The notes under the pieces were generated by a model. The model was given only the letters and a program-made list of their open reading frames with translations, was not told the DNA's origin and made no database searches. Of a stretch of 64,000 nucleotides of DNA, positions 34,215 through 46,736 are shown one piece after another. Source of the DNA: Nostoc sp. (GTDB taxonomy: Bacteria > Cyanobacteriota > Cyanobacteriia > Cyanobacteriales > Nostocaceae). How positions within the stretch are numbered: the stretch's first letter is position 1; the number at the start of each line of letters is the position of its first letter. The position numbers were made by a program, and so were the translations under genes. The stretch is from positions 227,209-291,208 of the forward strand of contig NZ_JBALDJ010000114.1 of assembly GCF_036917415.1 (NCBI RefSeq). Direction: 5' to 3'.

Positions 34215-34517
34215 ATGAAAACTACTTCAGATTTAATTCCAGAATTTGAAAAACTATTCAGACAAAAATTACAACTAAATAATTGTAAACTAAGAAAGAA
34301 AAGACAAGAGAATAATTATGAAATTATTACTCCAGCTAAAGACATCTTTTTGATGTATTGGTCTGAGTTTCCAGAAGTTAACTTAATATATCAGGCTATA
34401 GGGGTACGCACTCAGCAAACTGGAGTTTATGAGCGAGCTATTCGTTCGCACATTAGTTTTTGTGTGAGTAGCATCCAAGAAAATCCTAGCCCGGAATCAC
34501 CATTATTGATGAAATAG
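34215..34517 (+). CDS. Conserved hypothetical protein
   Basis: 100-aa ORF (EFEKLFRQKLQLNNC...YERAIRSHI). Confidence 0.7.
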   Translation: MKTTSDLIPEFEKLFRQKLQLNNCKLRKKRQENNYEIITPAKDIFLMYWSEFPEVNLIYQAIGVRTQQTGVYERAIRSHISFCVSSIQENPSPESPLLMK

Positions 34518-34705
34518 CTGAGACTCAGATAACACAGACAATATTTACTAAGCTCTCGCCAGTTTTCTTATATAACTGACGAGAGTTAATTGCCGAAAAT
34601 GTGTTTATCAAGAGACAAAAATGCAATCCGAAAAAAAATCAAGCTCGAGATCGGCTAGATTATAAAACCTTGTTAGCCAATGCAAAGCAAGCCTTAAAAC
34701 TGGTA

Positions 34706-34734
34706 GCGATGTCTACGACGGGCTACGCCTACGC
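34706..34734. repeat. SDR5-type 21-nt element in a HIP1 site
   Basis: GCGAT+GTCTACGACGGGCTACGCCTA+CGC. Confidence 0.85.
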
Positions 34735-34958
34735 CATTTGACTTCTTTTACCAAAATGTAGAAAATCGCGTTGAGAACCTCCTACATCTCAACTTAAAGA
34801 AAAGCGACCACCCGGTTTCACTTCCAAATTAGGTCACTAAGTACAGCCCACCACAAAAAGGGTATGGAATTTAATTATTCGTAGGTTGGGTAGAACGAAG
34901 TGAAACCCAACATCAAGCCTCGATATTTCCGAACCCCTTTTACGGTGACGTGTACTAA

Positions 34959-34984
34959 GAGCCTATTTATAAAGTAAATCTAAA
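34959..34984. mobile_element. Orphan IS5 (IS1031-group) terminal repeat
   Basis: taa|GAGCCTATTTATAAAGTAAATCT matches the IS end at 42445 at 21 of 23 positions. Confidence 0.6.
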
Positions 34985-35112
34985 CTGGAAAAAGTCAAAA
35001 TCATCAGCTTTTCTTAGTGCCAAAGACTCCTGTAACATATATATGCTTTTACCCAAAAAATAGCCAGTTACGAACCATAGAAAGTTAAAAAACTTGGCAG
35101 AGTGAGCGCTGA

Positions 35113-36042
35113 CTAATGTGTTCTAGCTGTGATATAGTCTGCGATCGCCATTAGAGGTTGCGCCTTTTCACCGAAGCAAGCTAATTCTGCTTTTGCTGAG
35201 TCAACCAATTTTTGGGCTTTGAGTTTTGATTCCTCGATACCCCACAAACTGGGATAAGTTACTTTTTGCGCCTTTTGATCTTTGCCCGGAGTTTTACCGA
35301 GTTCCTCCTGAGTACCAGTCATATCAAGCACATCATCAATAATTTGAAAAGCTAGACCAATATTACGAGCATAGTGAGAAAGCGGCAGCAGAATTTTATC
35401 GTCCACTCCCGCCAATAGTGCTCCTGATAAAACAGACGTTTCCAATAAAGCACCAGTTTTGTGGGCATGAATAAAGTTGAGAGTTTCGATGTCAATATTC
35501 TGCAATCCCTCAGATTGTAAATCAACAACTTGACCGCCAACTAGACCTGTTGCTGCTACTGCATGAGCCAACTTAGCAACAACCTGCAACAACTGCTGGG
35601 CAGCAACTTTTTTGGTTTGAACCACAAGAAACTCAAAGGCGTAAGCTAAAAGTGCATCACCAGCTAGAATGGCAATGTTTTCGCCATAAATTTTATGGTT
35701 AGTTAACTTTCCGCGTCGAAAGTCATCATTATCCATTGCAGGTAAGTCGTCATGGATTAGAGAAAAGGTGTGAATCATTTCCAGCGTACAAGCAGTAGGC
35801 ATCGCCATCTCGATTGTGCCTCCAGCAAGTTCACAACCGGCAAGACATAGAATCGGGCGTAGGCGCTTTCCTCCAGCCAGCAGGGAATAGCGCATAGATT
35901 CGTAGAGTATTTCTGGATGGGCTATAGTAATTGACTGTTCAAGCGTTGATTCAACTTGCGATCGCCGTTCTGATAAATAGGCTTTAAGGTCAAAAGTAGT
36001 TTCTTTAAAAGATGACCATTCAAAGATTTGAGTATTCACCAT
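35113..36042 (-). CDS. Short-chain polyprenyl diphosphate synthase (CrtE/IspA-like, predicted FPP-type)
   Basis: [56 protein letters not shown]. Confidence 0.92.
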   Translation of the reverse strand: MVNTQIFEWSSFKETTFDLKAYLSERRSQVESTLEQSITIAHPEILYESMRYSLLAGGKRLRPILCLAGCELAGGTIEMAMPTACTLEMIHTFSLIHDDLPAMDNDDFRRGKLTNHKIYGENIAILAGDALLAYAFEFLVVQTKKVAAQQLLQVVAKLAHAVAATGLVGGQVVDLQSEGLQNIDIETLNFIHAHKTGALLETSVLSGALLAGVDDKILLPLSHYARNIGLAFQIIDDVLDMTGTQEELGKTPGKDQKAQKVTYPSLWGIEESKLKAQKLVDSAKAELACFGEKAQPLMAIADYITARTH

Positions 36043-36269
36043 AAATATTTATCTTCAAAATTACAGTACTACACCTAATCGACAAAATCTGGCTGACAGG
36101 AACTATTAAACAACGCTGCTTTAGGAATTAATATTATGTTTGTTTGATTACTTATAATTACCGTAATCTATGCAGAAATAGGAAAACCCTCTTTCCCCCA
36201 GCTAAGAGCCCCCTGCTCCCCTGCCTCCTATTTGTATCAACCTTAAAGTGAAACGGTATTACCCTTCCC

Positions 36270-37679
36270 TCAGCGCCCGATTTCTACGTCTTCAAGGATG
36301 CCAAGTGCATCGGGGATGAGAATGGCTGCACAGTAGTAGGCGCTGACAAGATAAGAAATGACGGCTTTTTCGTTGATACCCATGAATTTGACGGACAAGC
36401 TGGGTTGGTATTCATCAGGGATACCCGTTTTGTGTAGACCTATCACCCCTTGGTTTTCTTCTCCGACACGGAGTACCAAAATAGAGCTAGTACCCTCCTT
36501 GGTAATTGGAATTTTGTTACAAGGAAAAATCGGATAGTTGCGCCATGCAGGTACAATCTTTCCATTGACCTCCCTGCTTGGGGAATAGATTCCACGACGG
36601 TTACACTCCCGCCCAAAAGCAGCGATCGCGCGAGGATGAGCAAGGAAAAAATGGGATTTGCGCCGCCGAGAGAGCAATTCATCAAAATCATCTGGAGTCG
36701 GTGGCCCGGTGCGGGTAAAGATGCGTTGCTTAAGATCGGCATTGTGCAACAACCCGAAATCAGGATTATTCAGCATTTCGTATTCTTGCCGTTCCCGCAA
36801 CGCTTCGATGGTCAGCCGTAGTTGTTGCTCCGTCTGGTTCATGGGTTCGTTGTAGATGTCAGCAACTCGCGTATTCACCCGTAAAACGGTTTGAGCGACG
36901 CTTAACTCATACTCCCGTGGACTCAAGTCGTAATCAACAAATGTCCTGGGTAACTCAGTTTCCGGACTATGACCAGCAGTCATAATGATCTCGGCCTGAT
37001 TATGCTTATCCTGGGGTTTGCTCAACATAGCTCTAAAGCGATCGACCTGAGTCTGCAACGCTTCAGACTGGTTCATCAACTCCCGAAACGCCTGTACTGG
37101 CAAAGACAAAACTATGCAGCGCGTAACAGCTCTGAGGCTAACCTCCCAAGTGTCCTGAGATAGAACTATAGCTTCGCCACCAAAACAATCGCCGTCAGCT
37201 AAGATATCCCGTAAAGCTTCCGCCTCATATTTGCCTGCCTTCAGCTTATTAACTTTACCACGAGCAATTAAGAACACGCGATCGGCTGGTTGACCTTCCT
37301 GTACAATTACCTGACCAGGGGCAAATTCTTGTTGCACAAAGCGGTCTGCCAAGGCGTTGAGTACCTCAATATCCTCAAACCCGCGCAGTAAAGGGAGTTC
37401 ACAAAGTGCTTGGGGAATGACCCGCACCTGAGTCCCTGTATTGGTAAAGCTGACTCGTCCATTACCAACATCATAGGTCAAGCGACGGTTAACCCGATAG
37501 GCCCCACCCCTGATTTGCACCCAAGGCAACATCTGTAACAACCACCTAGGGGTAATGCCCTGCATCTGGGGCGGAGTTTTCGTGGTTTTGGCTAAATTCC
37601 GCGCCCCTTTCGTGCTTAAGCTGATCTGGGGTTGCCCATTTTCTTGGTCTAAATCTGGTCTAATCGAAACATTTGTCAT
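36270..37679 (-). CDS. Family 2B encapsulin shell protein with inserted cNMP-binding domain (Cnb), copy 2
   Basis: [16 protein letters not shown]...YRVNRR, a central cNMP domain, then [25 protein letters not shown]...ERQE...GPPTPDD. Confidence 0.9.
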   Translation of the reverse strand: MTNVSIRPDLDQENGQPQISLSTKGARNLAKTTKTPPQMQGITPRWLLQMLPWVQIRGGAYRVNRRLTYDVGNGRVSFTNTGTQVRVIPQALCELPLLRGFEDIEVLNALADRFVQQEFAPGQVIVQEGQPADRVFLIARGKVNKLKAGKYEAEALRDILADGDCFGGEAIVLSQDTWEVSLRAVTRCIVLSLPVQAFRELMNQSEALQTQVDRFRAMLSKPQDKHNQAEIIMTAGHSPETELPRTFVDYDLSPREYELSVAQTVLRVNTRVADIYNEPMNQTEQQLRLTIEALRERQEYEMLNNPDFGLLHNADLKQRIFTRTGPPTPDDFDELLSRRRKSHFFLAHPRAIAAFGRECNRRGIYSPSREVNGKIVPAWRNYPIFPCNKIPITKEGTSSILVLRVGEENQGVIGLHKTGIPDEYQPSLSVKFMGINEKAVISYLVSAYYCAAILIPDALGILEDVEIGR

Positions 37680-37783
37680 AAAGTTAACGTTTCATGCGAC
37701 TAAATTTACTCTCCTAACAGAGAGCATTGGAGGGTAGGAACGAACGACCGTTCGTTCCTACTTTAAAGAGGATGTCCGACTAC

Positions 37784-39193
37784 TTAGAGACCAATTTCTA
37801 TATCTTCAAGGATGCCTAGTGCATCAGGAACGAGAACGGCTGTAGAGTAGTAAACACTAACCAGGTAGGAAATAACGGCCTTTTCGTTAATCCCCATAAA
37901 ACGGACAGACAAACTAGGCTGATATTGATCGGGAATATTCGTTTTGTGCAGACCAATAACACCCTGGTTGGTTGCTCCCACGCGCATTAACATAATGGAG
38001 CTAGTACGCTCTTTCGTAACGGGAATCTTATTACAAGGATAGATGGGAATACCACGCCAAGCCGGAATTGCACTGTTACCCATCGGGATAGGATCGGGAT
38101 AAAGTCCAAGGTGGTTACATTGCCGACCAAACGCCGCAATGGTGCGGGGATGAGCGAGGAAAAAGCTCGGTTCTTTCCAAACAATGGAGATCAATTCATC
38201 GAGATCGTCGGGAGTTGGGGGACCACTGCGGGTAAAAATGCGTTGTTTGAGGTCAGCATTGTGTAGCAGTCCGAAGTCACGATTGTTCACCATTTCGTAT
38301 TCTTGGCGTTCCCGTAGGCCTTCGATGGTGAGCCGTAATTGTTCCTCAGTCTGGTTCATGGGTTCGTTGTAGAGGTCAGCAACCCGTGTATTAACTTGCA
38401 AAATAGTCTGAGCCACGCTTAACTCATATTCCCGTGGATTCAGTTCATAATCTGCAAACGTCCCAGGTAATACTGCCTCTGGGAAGTGGTCGGCAGAAAT
38501 TCTGATATCAGCTTCCCCTTCTTGGTTTTTGGGTTGCCTCAACTTTACTCTGAATTGATCCACTTGCGCTTGCAGAGCCTCAGACTGGTTAACCAGGTTC
38601 TGAAAGGCTGTTTGAGGTAGAAACAAGATGGTGCAACGGGTAAGAGCAACGAGGGTGACATCCCAAGTATCCTGAGATTCCACTAAAGCGTAATCACCAA
38701 AATGGTCACCATCAGCTAATACAGTCAAAACAACTGGCTCGTCATACTTGCCTGGACTAATTTTATTGACTCTACCATGGGCAATCAGCACTACTTGATC
38801 AGCCGCTCGACCTTCTTGTATGATGACATCTCCGGCTGCAAATTCTCGTTGCACAAATTGACGAGCTAAGGCGTTTAATACCTCGACATCTTCAAATCCC
38901 CGTAACAAAGGTATCTCAGTGAGTTCTTGAGGGATGACCTGTACCTGGGTCCCTACATTGCTAAAGCTGATCCGTCCATCTCCAACCGTATAGGTTAAGC
39001 GACGGTTGACCTGATAGCTACCCCCCACGGTTTCTACCCAAGGCAGCAGTTTTAAGAGCCACCGTGAGGTAATTCCCTGCATCTGGGGTTGGGTTTTGGT
39101 GGTGCCTGCCAATTTCCGCGCCGCTTCGATCTGCAAACTCATTGGCAGTTGCTCAATTTGATTTTCTATAGGAGTGTTTGCTGCATTAGTCAT
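37784..39193 (-). CDS. Family 2B encapsulin shell protein with inserted cNMP-binding domain (Cnb), copy 1
   Basis: Same architecture as the paralog at 36270, also 469 aa. Confidence 0.9.
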   Translation of the reverse strand: MTNAANTPIENQIEQLPMSLQIEAARKLAGTTKTQPQMQGITSRWLLKLLPWVETVGGSYQVNRRLTYTVGDGRISFSNVGTQVQVIPQELTEIPLLRGFEDVEVLNALARQFVQREFAAGDVIIQEGRAADQVVLIAHGRVNKISPGKYDEPVVLTVLADGDHFGDYALVESQDTWDVTLVALTRCTILFLPQTAFQNLVNQSEALQAQVDQFRVKLRQPKNQEGEADIRISADHFPEAVLPGTFADYELNPREYELSVAQTILQVNTRVADLYNEPMNQTEEQLRLTIEGLRERQEYEMVNNRDFGLLHNADLKQRIFTRSGPPTPDDLDELISIVWKEPSFFLAHPRTIAAFGRQCNHLGLYPDPIPMGNSAIPAWRGIPIYPCNKIPVTKERTSSIMLMRVGATNQGVIGLHKTNIPDQYQPSLSVRFMGINEKAVISYLVSVYYSTAVLVPDALGILEDIEIGL

Positions 39194-39261
39194 GATTAAT
39201 CTCCATCAGTAATGTTAGTTGACAAGTTATTTGATTGACCAGAATTGGGACTCAGATTGAG

Positions 39262-41616
<2,355 letters not shown>

Positions 41617-42444
41617 CTATTTAAACCTATCATCTTAAGCTTATTGTCTTGATTGAAGTCGTGTTGACAAAAAAGAATACATGCGTCAGTCGTCAGAATA
41701 AGCGTATGAATTCTGTACGAGTGGCGGATGAATAAATGGTGAAATACCACACAAAATTGAAAATTTGGTGGTCTACCCTTCTCTACCAGAGGCTGCGCCA
41801 ACGAAAACGTTAAAGGCGAACAATCAGTGGTGAGTCTGTAGCTTGCTTGCCATAGACTATCCCCTACTAATTGATTCTGACTTCTGAATTCTGAATAGCT
41901 GAATTATTCTTCAATTTGATATTTGCGGTTAATCTTTGATGCAATGAAGTTACTCCTTGTAATTAAAAAATTCACAATTGACTCTTGTTAAGTGGCTTGT
42001 TAGTGAAACTTTTATTATGCAAAACTCTTAATAAATATATATTGATTAACTATCAATTACTGCTTTTGAAGGACTAGGTTCACGTGCCGCAGCAACTCGA
42101 ACCCACTAAGAAAATTTGTCATGCACCTTCAGCCAATTATTATATTTCCTCTACTCCAAAAATAGCCATAAACAGTTGTTTATAAGACAATTTCAGCTTT
42201 ATCAATAAAATGCAATGAGAGTTCAAACATTTAGTTATCATTAAGTAGACACTTAAGACTGTATACATATCTGGATTCAAAAAATACTATTATTAGCATA
42301 GGTTAATGCAAACTTTTTTATATTCATTGACTATTTACTAACTATCAATTTACAGCTTATCAACAGGATAATCAAGAGAAACTACAAAATATCCTACTTT
42401 TCCCACCTTTCCTACTTTTTTACGTAAAATAATATTGTATTTAA

Positions 42445-43032
42445 GAGACCATTTATAAAGTAAATCTTTAGAAAACTAGATTAATAGCATAATACGAGTC
42501 ATAACGGCATATATGGCAGCTTCACTCCTGGACTGGGAGATGTTCATAATCCGAACTTCGACGACGGTACTGGTTCAACCAGCAATCATGTTCTTTCTAC
42601 TACCCAACGCTTGGGCAAAACCTGAAATTCTTGAGCGGTACGCCGTATGACTTCAACATCAGCTTGGATCATTAACCAAACTGAAAGCGCAAATTTATCA
42701 CCGTCATAACCAGAATCAAACCACATGATTTTGACTTTTTCTAGTAATTCTGGACGCTCTTCTAAAAGTTCCATCAAAGCATAGGCAGCAAGTACTCGTT
42801 CTGAACCATTTGCTTCACTGACAACCACTTTCAACAACAATCCCAGACTATCAACCCAAGTCTGCCGCTTTCTACCTTTTACTTTTTTAGGACTTACGCA
42901 AAAACCCTCTCAAACTCTCATTTCTCCGTGACCTCTGCGTCCTCTGTGGTTCGTTTTCCGTTACCTGTGCGTAAGTCCTATTTTTTACCGCCATCGAAGC
43001 CGTACACATCCCACGCCAGTTGCTTCTCCCCA
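42445..43032 (-). mobile_element. Truncated, frameshifted IS5-family (IS1031-group) transposase remnant with its right end
   Basis: GFDGGKK/VKGRKR..VDSLGLLL, DSGY, LPKRWVVERT, SEAAIYAVM. Terminal GAGACCATTTATAAAGTAAA. Confidence 0.85.
42889..42979. mobile_element. 91-bp MITE, copy 2, inserted in the IS5 remnant
   Basis: AGGACTTACGCA...TGCGTAAGTCCT interrupts the GGKKVKGRKR codons. Confidence 0.88.
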
Positions 43033-43286
43033 CGCAAACATTACGCACAACTTGAACAAGAATCGAAGCCGTACACATCCCACGCCAGTTGCTTCTCCCA
43101 AGGGGAGAGCCTGCGCGAACAAGTCGGCAGAGCCGCCCAACGCACTGGCTCCCTTTTTTCAGTCGTTCTTATCGATTGACTGTCTGCGGCAATGCCTACG
43201 GCGAGCTTTGCTAACTGCCAGGGTTAAGTTGCTACGGTAAGCTTTCATACCACTCTCTCGGTGCTGTTTACTATCTATTCACAGTC

Positions 43287-43417
43287 TAAGTAGGTAGGCG
43301 TAAATAATTATTGTTGGGATAAGGCAGGGGGCAGGGAGCAGGGAGCAGGGGGAGAAAGAGTTTGAGCCTTATTTACTTTTCTTTACACAGTTTGATTTTA
43401 TTGCACCAACTTACTTA
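43287..43417. mobile_element. MITE-like element with TAAGTAG ends carrying an STRR tract
   Basis: taagtaggtaggcgtaaataatt ... ccaacttactta. The same left end recurs at 56967. Confidence 0.55.
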
Positions 43418-43464
43418 TACTGAGAAAGCTTTTTTACAACATTCTCGACTTTTCAAACAACCTC

Positions 43465-44517
43465 TTAATTGAAACCGATAACTCCCGGAATTTCAAGAAC
43501 AAAATCTGCCCCATATACGGATGCAGGAGTCTGAAATCCGACCTTAACTTCGCCTTTAATTACCCGTTTGATAACTGCTATAGCCGCTAATGCCGTAAAA
43601 TCGTATGCTTCCGGCCCTAAGAGCTTTGCACTTACTTGTTGACCAGTTTCATCCTCAGCAATACCAATTACTCTAACTTGCCCCTTGGCTCGTTCTGCTG
43701 CCGTTGGCCCAGTCGGAAGAGTTTTAATTAGACTTGCTAAAGCACTTTGGAATAAAGACGAGTTAAATAACCATCCCAAATACTGGCTTGACTCCATCAG
43801 GAAGCGCACAGGATTAGGAAATACGGTATAAACCTCAATATTGGGGATACCCGTAGTTTGGAACGCAGTGATAATATCAGCACGCCAAGGGTTTGTTACT
43901 GCTGTCACCGGGCCATAACCAAAATCAATTTTACGCCTTTTTGATGCTGGACGAGATGAGATCAGCTTACCTGCTTCTCGGACTACCCCGATATGATGTA
44001 AAGTTGGCAGTACTGTATTTGCAGTTCCTTGAGATACACCTCCCACTGTTTCATAGATTAAAATAAGTCGTGTTGCAATCGCTAACTTCTGTTTGAGGTA
44101 AGCAGCTACACAATCAGTAGGGACGACCCCAAATCCCACACCAGGGAGAAGCATTATCCCTGCACTTTTAGCTTCAGTATCTCGTGCTAGTAGCGCCTGA
44201 AATTCAGGTACTTCGCCAGCTATGTCTAAATAGTGAGTTTTAGTTTGGAGGCAGGCATCGACAAGTGGCTTTGAGGTTTTGGAGAAAGGCCCAGAGCAGT
44301 TGATGACAGCAATTATATCCTCAAGAGAACGAGCGATCGCTTGCGGATCGTCTAGGCCAAAAACCCGAAAGTCCAAACTTAATTCATCGGCCACTGCTGC
44401 TAGTGAACTTTGATTGCGTCCAGCTAAAATTAATTCCAGTCCGTTATTTTTAGCAGATTCAGCAATGAGTTTTCCAGCATAGCCAGTTGCACCATACAAT
44501 AACACCCTTGATGTCAT
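43465..44517 (-). CDS. Saccharopine-dehydrogenase-like NAD(P)-dependent oxidoreductase
   Basis: YGATGYAG, LAGRN, NCSGPF, HYLDIAGE, GVGFGVVPTD, GFQTPA. Confidence 0.88.
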   Translation of the reverse strand: MTSRVLLYGATGYAGKLIAESAKNNGLELILAGRNQSSLAAVADELSLDFRVFGLDDPQAIARSLEDIIAVINCSGPFSKTSKPLVDACLQTKTHYLDIAGEVPEFQALLARDTEAKSAGIMLLPGVGFGVVPTDCVAAYLKQKLAIATRLILIYETVGGVSQGTANTVLPTLHHIGVVREAGKLISSRPASKRRKIDFGYGPVTAVTNPWRADIITAFQTTGIPNIEVYTVFPNPVRFLMESSQYLGWLFNSSLFQSALASLIKTLPTGPTAAERAKGQVRVIGIAEDETGQQVSAKLLGPEAYDFTALAAIAVIKRVIKGEVKVGFQTPASVYGADFVLEIPGVIGFN

Positions 44518-44529
44518 TATTATCACCAG

Positions 44530-44838
44530 CTAGGAGTTGTTTGCAATCTGCTGCCATAACCTGACTTCAGGTGGTTCAACTAAAAATTGTCCTGACTTTT
44601 CGCTCAAAGCTTTAATATACGGCTGCTCTAAGTGTTGAGCCAAAATTTCTTGGCTGACCCAGTTTTCATGCAACAGAAACAAAGATGGCTCTTCAACAGA
44701 TTGATGTAAATCGTAATTAATACAACCTTCTTCTGCAAGTGTAAGAGCTATTACAGATTGAAATTCCTGTTTGAATCCCTCCTCCAAACCCGGCTTTACT
44801 TTTAATCGAGCGGTGACTGTTACTTGCTGATTTGACAT
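44530..44838 (-). CDS. ABM-fold (putative quinol monooxygenase) protein
   Basis: EEGCINYDLHQ...FLLHENW..Q..LAQHL. ATG after AGAGGA. Confidence 0.88.
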   Translation of the reverse strand: MSNQQVTVTARLKVKPGLEEGFKQEFQSVIALTLAEEGCINYDLHQSVEEPSLFLLHENWVSQEILAQHLEQPYIKALSEKSGQFLVEPPEVRLWQQIANNS

Positions 44839-45003
44839 TGTTATTCCTCTTTTTTCTGAGATTAGTTCAACGGGCAGCGCCCAGGATTCAGGATTCCTCA
44901 ATTTCAGCACAGCAAGTTGGGGAATCTTGGAGGCTGCGGGACTGGGTACTGAAAAAGAATTTTTTTTAAGATTTGCTTGGAATCTGAATTCCCAGTCCCC
45001 AGT

Positions 45004-46644
45004 TCAAGTATTGATGCTGTTAATAATTTGCGAAGGCTTAAAGTAGTTGTAAGGTATGGGACGAGTTTGATTTCTAATATCTATTTGCCGTTCTATTTCA
45101 TGCAAATTCTGTTGGAATTGCACCACAATTTCCTGCGCCAATGGATCGGCAAACTCCTCATCATAAAAACCCAATTTGTCATAGTGGTACGATGTTAAAA
45201 TCTCAGTCCACATCACCTGATCGGCAGCTTGTTTAAAGGGAGGAAGTATCTTCATGATAGTTTCCAAATCCACACCCTTAGTTTCTGGAATTGGGTGGTA
45301 GGCTGCATAGGGCATATTGGGTACAAAAGCCATATATTCGTACTGAGAAAAATTCAAAGCAGAGTGTAGAGGAGCGCAAGTGAATACTACCACACTGATG
45401 ATTTCAATCAGTTGTTCTAAAGTCTCAATTTTGTCTGGCATTCCCTTGACTTTACCACCATCTTGGGCCACTAATTCTCTAGCCCAATTTTGCAACTCAT
45501 AGTCATTAATTAGCTCCTGTGAGGTTTTGTAATAGAGTTGTAAATATTCAGACACAAACTTTTCGACGGCATTCCAGATTAATATGCCATCGTCCCGGAA
45601 AGGGAAGTGCGGTAAAATTTCTGGGTCATCCGTTCGACGACTTTTTATTAACCGAGGGAAAGTAAACTTTTCAACACTCCATTCTTCATAAACCTTCGCC
45701 ACAAACCCAAGAGACTCCGCCAATGAACCTGCCATAAACTCATCAACCGGGCCTCCCGGCTGTAAAAACTGAGTGCGCCCCAAATCGTTATCAAATAACA
45801 TAAAACGGAAGTGGGGTTTTAAGAGTAAGGCGATGGGATGATTTTCTGCTAGTTGCCGCGCAGTTACAATTGCAAACGGAGCCATAACTGCATGGGTATA
45901 GGCAAAATGACTACCCAATTCTTGATGGTTGCCATCAGCAATTTGAACGCAGGTTTTTGCCAAAAACCAATCTAAATGGGGGTCAGCGGGTGTATAAATT
46001 ACACTTTTTGCGCCAGAGTCATGATTAATCTGGATGGCAACAGGCACTAGAGAACCACCATTAGAACTATCATTACTTTGCCAATAAAATAGAGCTTGTG
46101 GCTTGGGAAGGTACTTTTTAACATTATCGTAGACACCACCTTGAATATCAGATAACAAAGGGTAATCTAAGAAATACAGCTTGCCTTCCTTGAGTGCCTT
46201 TTCCAAAGTAAATTCTGTCCCTGCAACCTTCTGAAAATGGAAATCCGTGACAGCAAAATTATCAGGTAATACATCAATTCTTCGGATAGCTAGTGGGTTC
46301 GCTCCAGAGAGTCGTTGTTCTGCAAAACAAGAGTCTGTTTTGTAATTTTTTATGACATCAGGTTTTGGTAGTAGTGATAAGAGTTCTTCATATTCTTCTA
46401 ATTCATCTAATGGGTCTAAGAAGTTTCTGGCTTTAGCAGCTAGCATATTTGGTGCAAGAGTTGCCATACTTGCCAAACGTTTAGCAGTATATTCCGCCGA
46501 GAATATTTCCTTATGAGGAACTTTATCAATAACTGGTAGAGGAGCTAGATAATTGTAATTAAATTTGTACTCTTCTCGATTTTTATCTAGCCAATTGATT
46601 CGGACATCAACATCAGGATCTTTTTGTGGTAAGTATGGTTTCAC
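45004..46644 (-). CDS. lox: Lipoxygenase (cyanobacterial type)
   Basis: FAEQRLSGANP, WFLAK, QELGSHFAYTH (two His ligands), HSALNFSQ (His/Asn ligands), FPFRDDG, PNMP. GTG start after GGAG. Confidence 0.93.
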   Translation of the reverse strand: MKPYLPQKDPDVDVRINWLDKNREEYKFNYNYLAPLPVIDKVPHKEIFSAEYTAKRLASMATLAPNMLAAKARNFLDPLDELEEYEELLSLLPKPDVIKNYKTDSCFAEQRLSGANPLAIRRIDVLPDNFAVTDFHFQKVAGTEFTLEKALKEGKLYFLDYPLLSDIQGGVYDNVKKYLPKPQALFYWQSNDSSNGGSLVPVAIQINHDSGAKSVIYTPADPHLDWFLAKTCVQIADGNHQELGSHFAYTHAVMAPFAIVTARQLAENHPIALLLKPHFRFMLFDNDLGRTQFLQPGGPVDEFMAGSLAESLGFVAKVYEEWSVEKFTFPRLIKSRRTDDPEILPHFPFRDDGILIWNAVEKFVSEYLQLYYKTSQELINDYELQNWARELVAQDGGKVKGMPDKIETLEQLIEIISVVVFTCAPLHSALNFSQYEYMAFVPNMPYAAYHPIPETKGVDLETIMKILPPFKQAADQVMWTEILTSYHYDKLGFYDEEFADPLAQEIVVQFQQNLHEIERQIDIRNQTRPIPYNYFKPSQIINSINT

Positions 46645-46736
46645 GATTATCTCCAATTCGGTTTTTGAGCGTTTGGTAGTTAATGATTAACGTCAGAAAG
46701 GTGCTGAATCACATCAGGATGTAGCAACCACTTGAA

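Noticed and set aside
36270-39193. Reading the two cNMP-domain genes as Crp/Fnr transcription regulators
   Set aside because: No C-terminal helix-turn-helix is present. The cNMP domain is embedded in Family 2 encapsulin shell motifs.
41620-42440. Long AT-rich region upstream of geoA searched for a regulator gene or ncRNA
   Set aside because: No credible ORF. Only a weak repeated block (taactatcaatt at ~42047 and ~42339) and an ATTGAT-N5-ATCAAT palindrome were seen, too weak to call.
42887-43240. Short ORFs overlapping the IS5 remnant
   Set aside because: They are products of the MITE, the 38-bp duplication and the antisense strand of the transposase.
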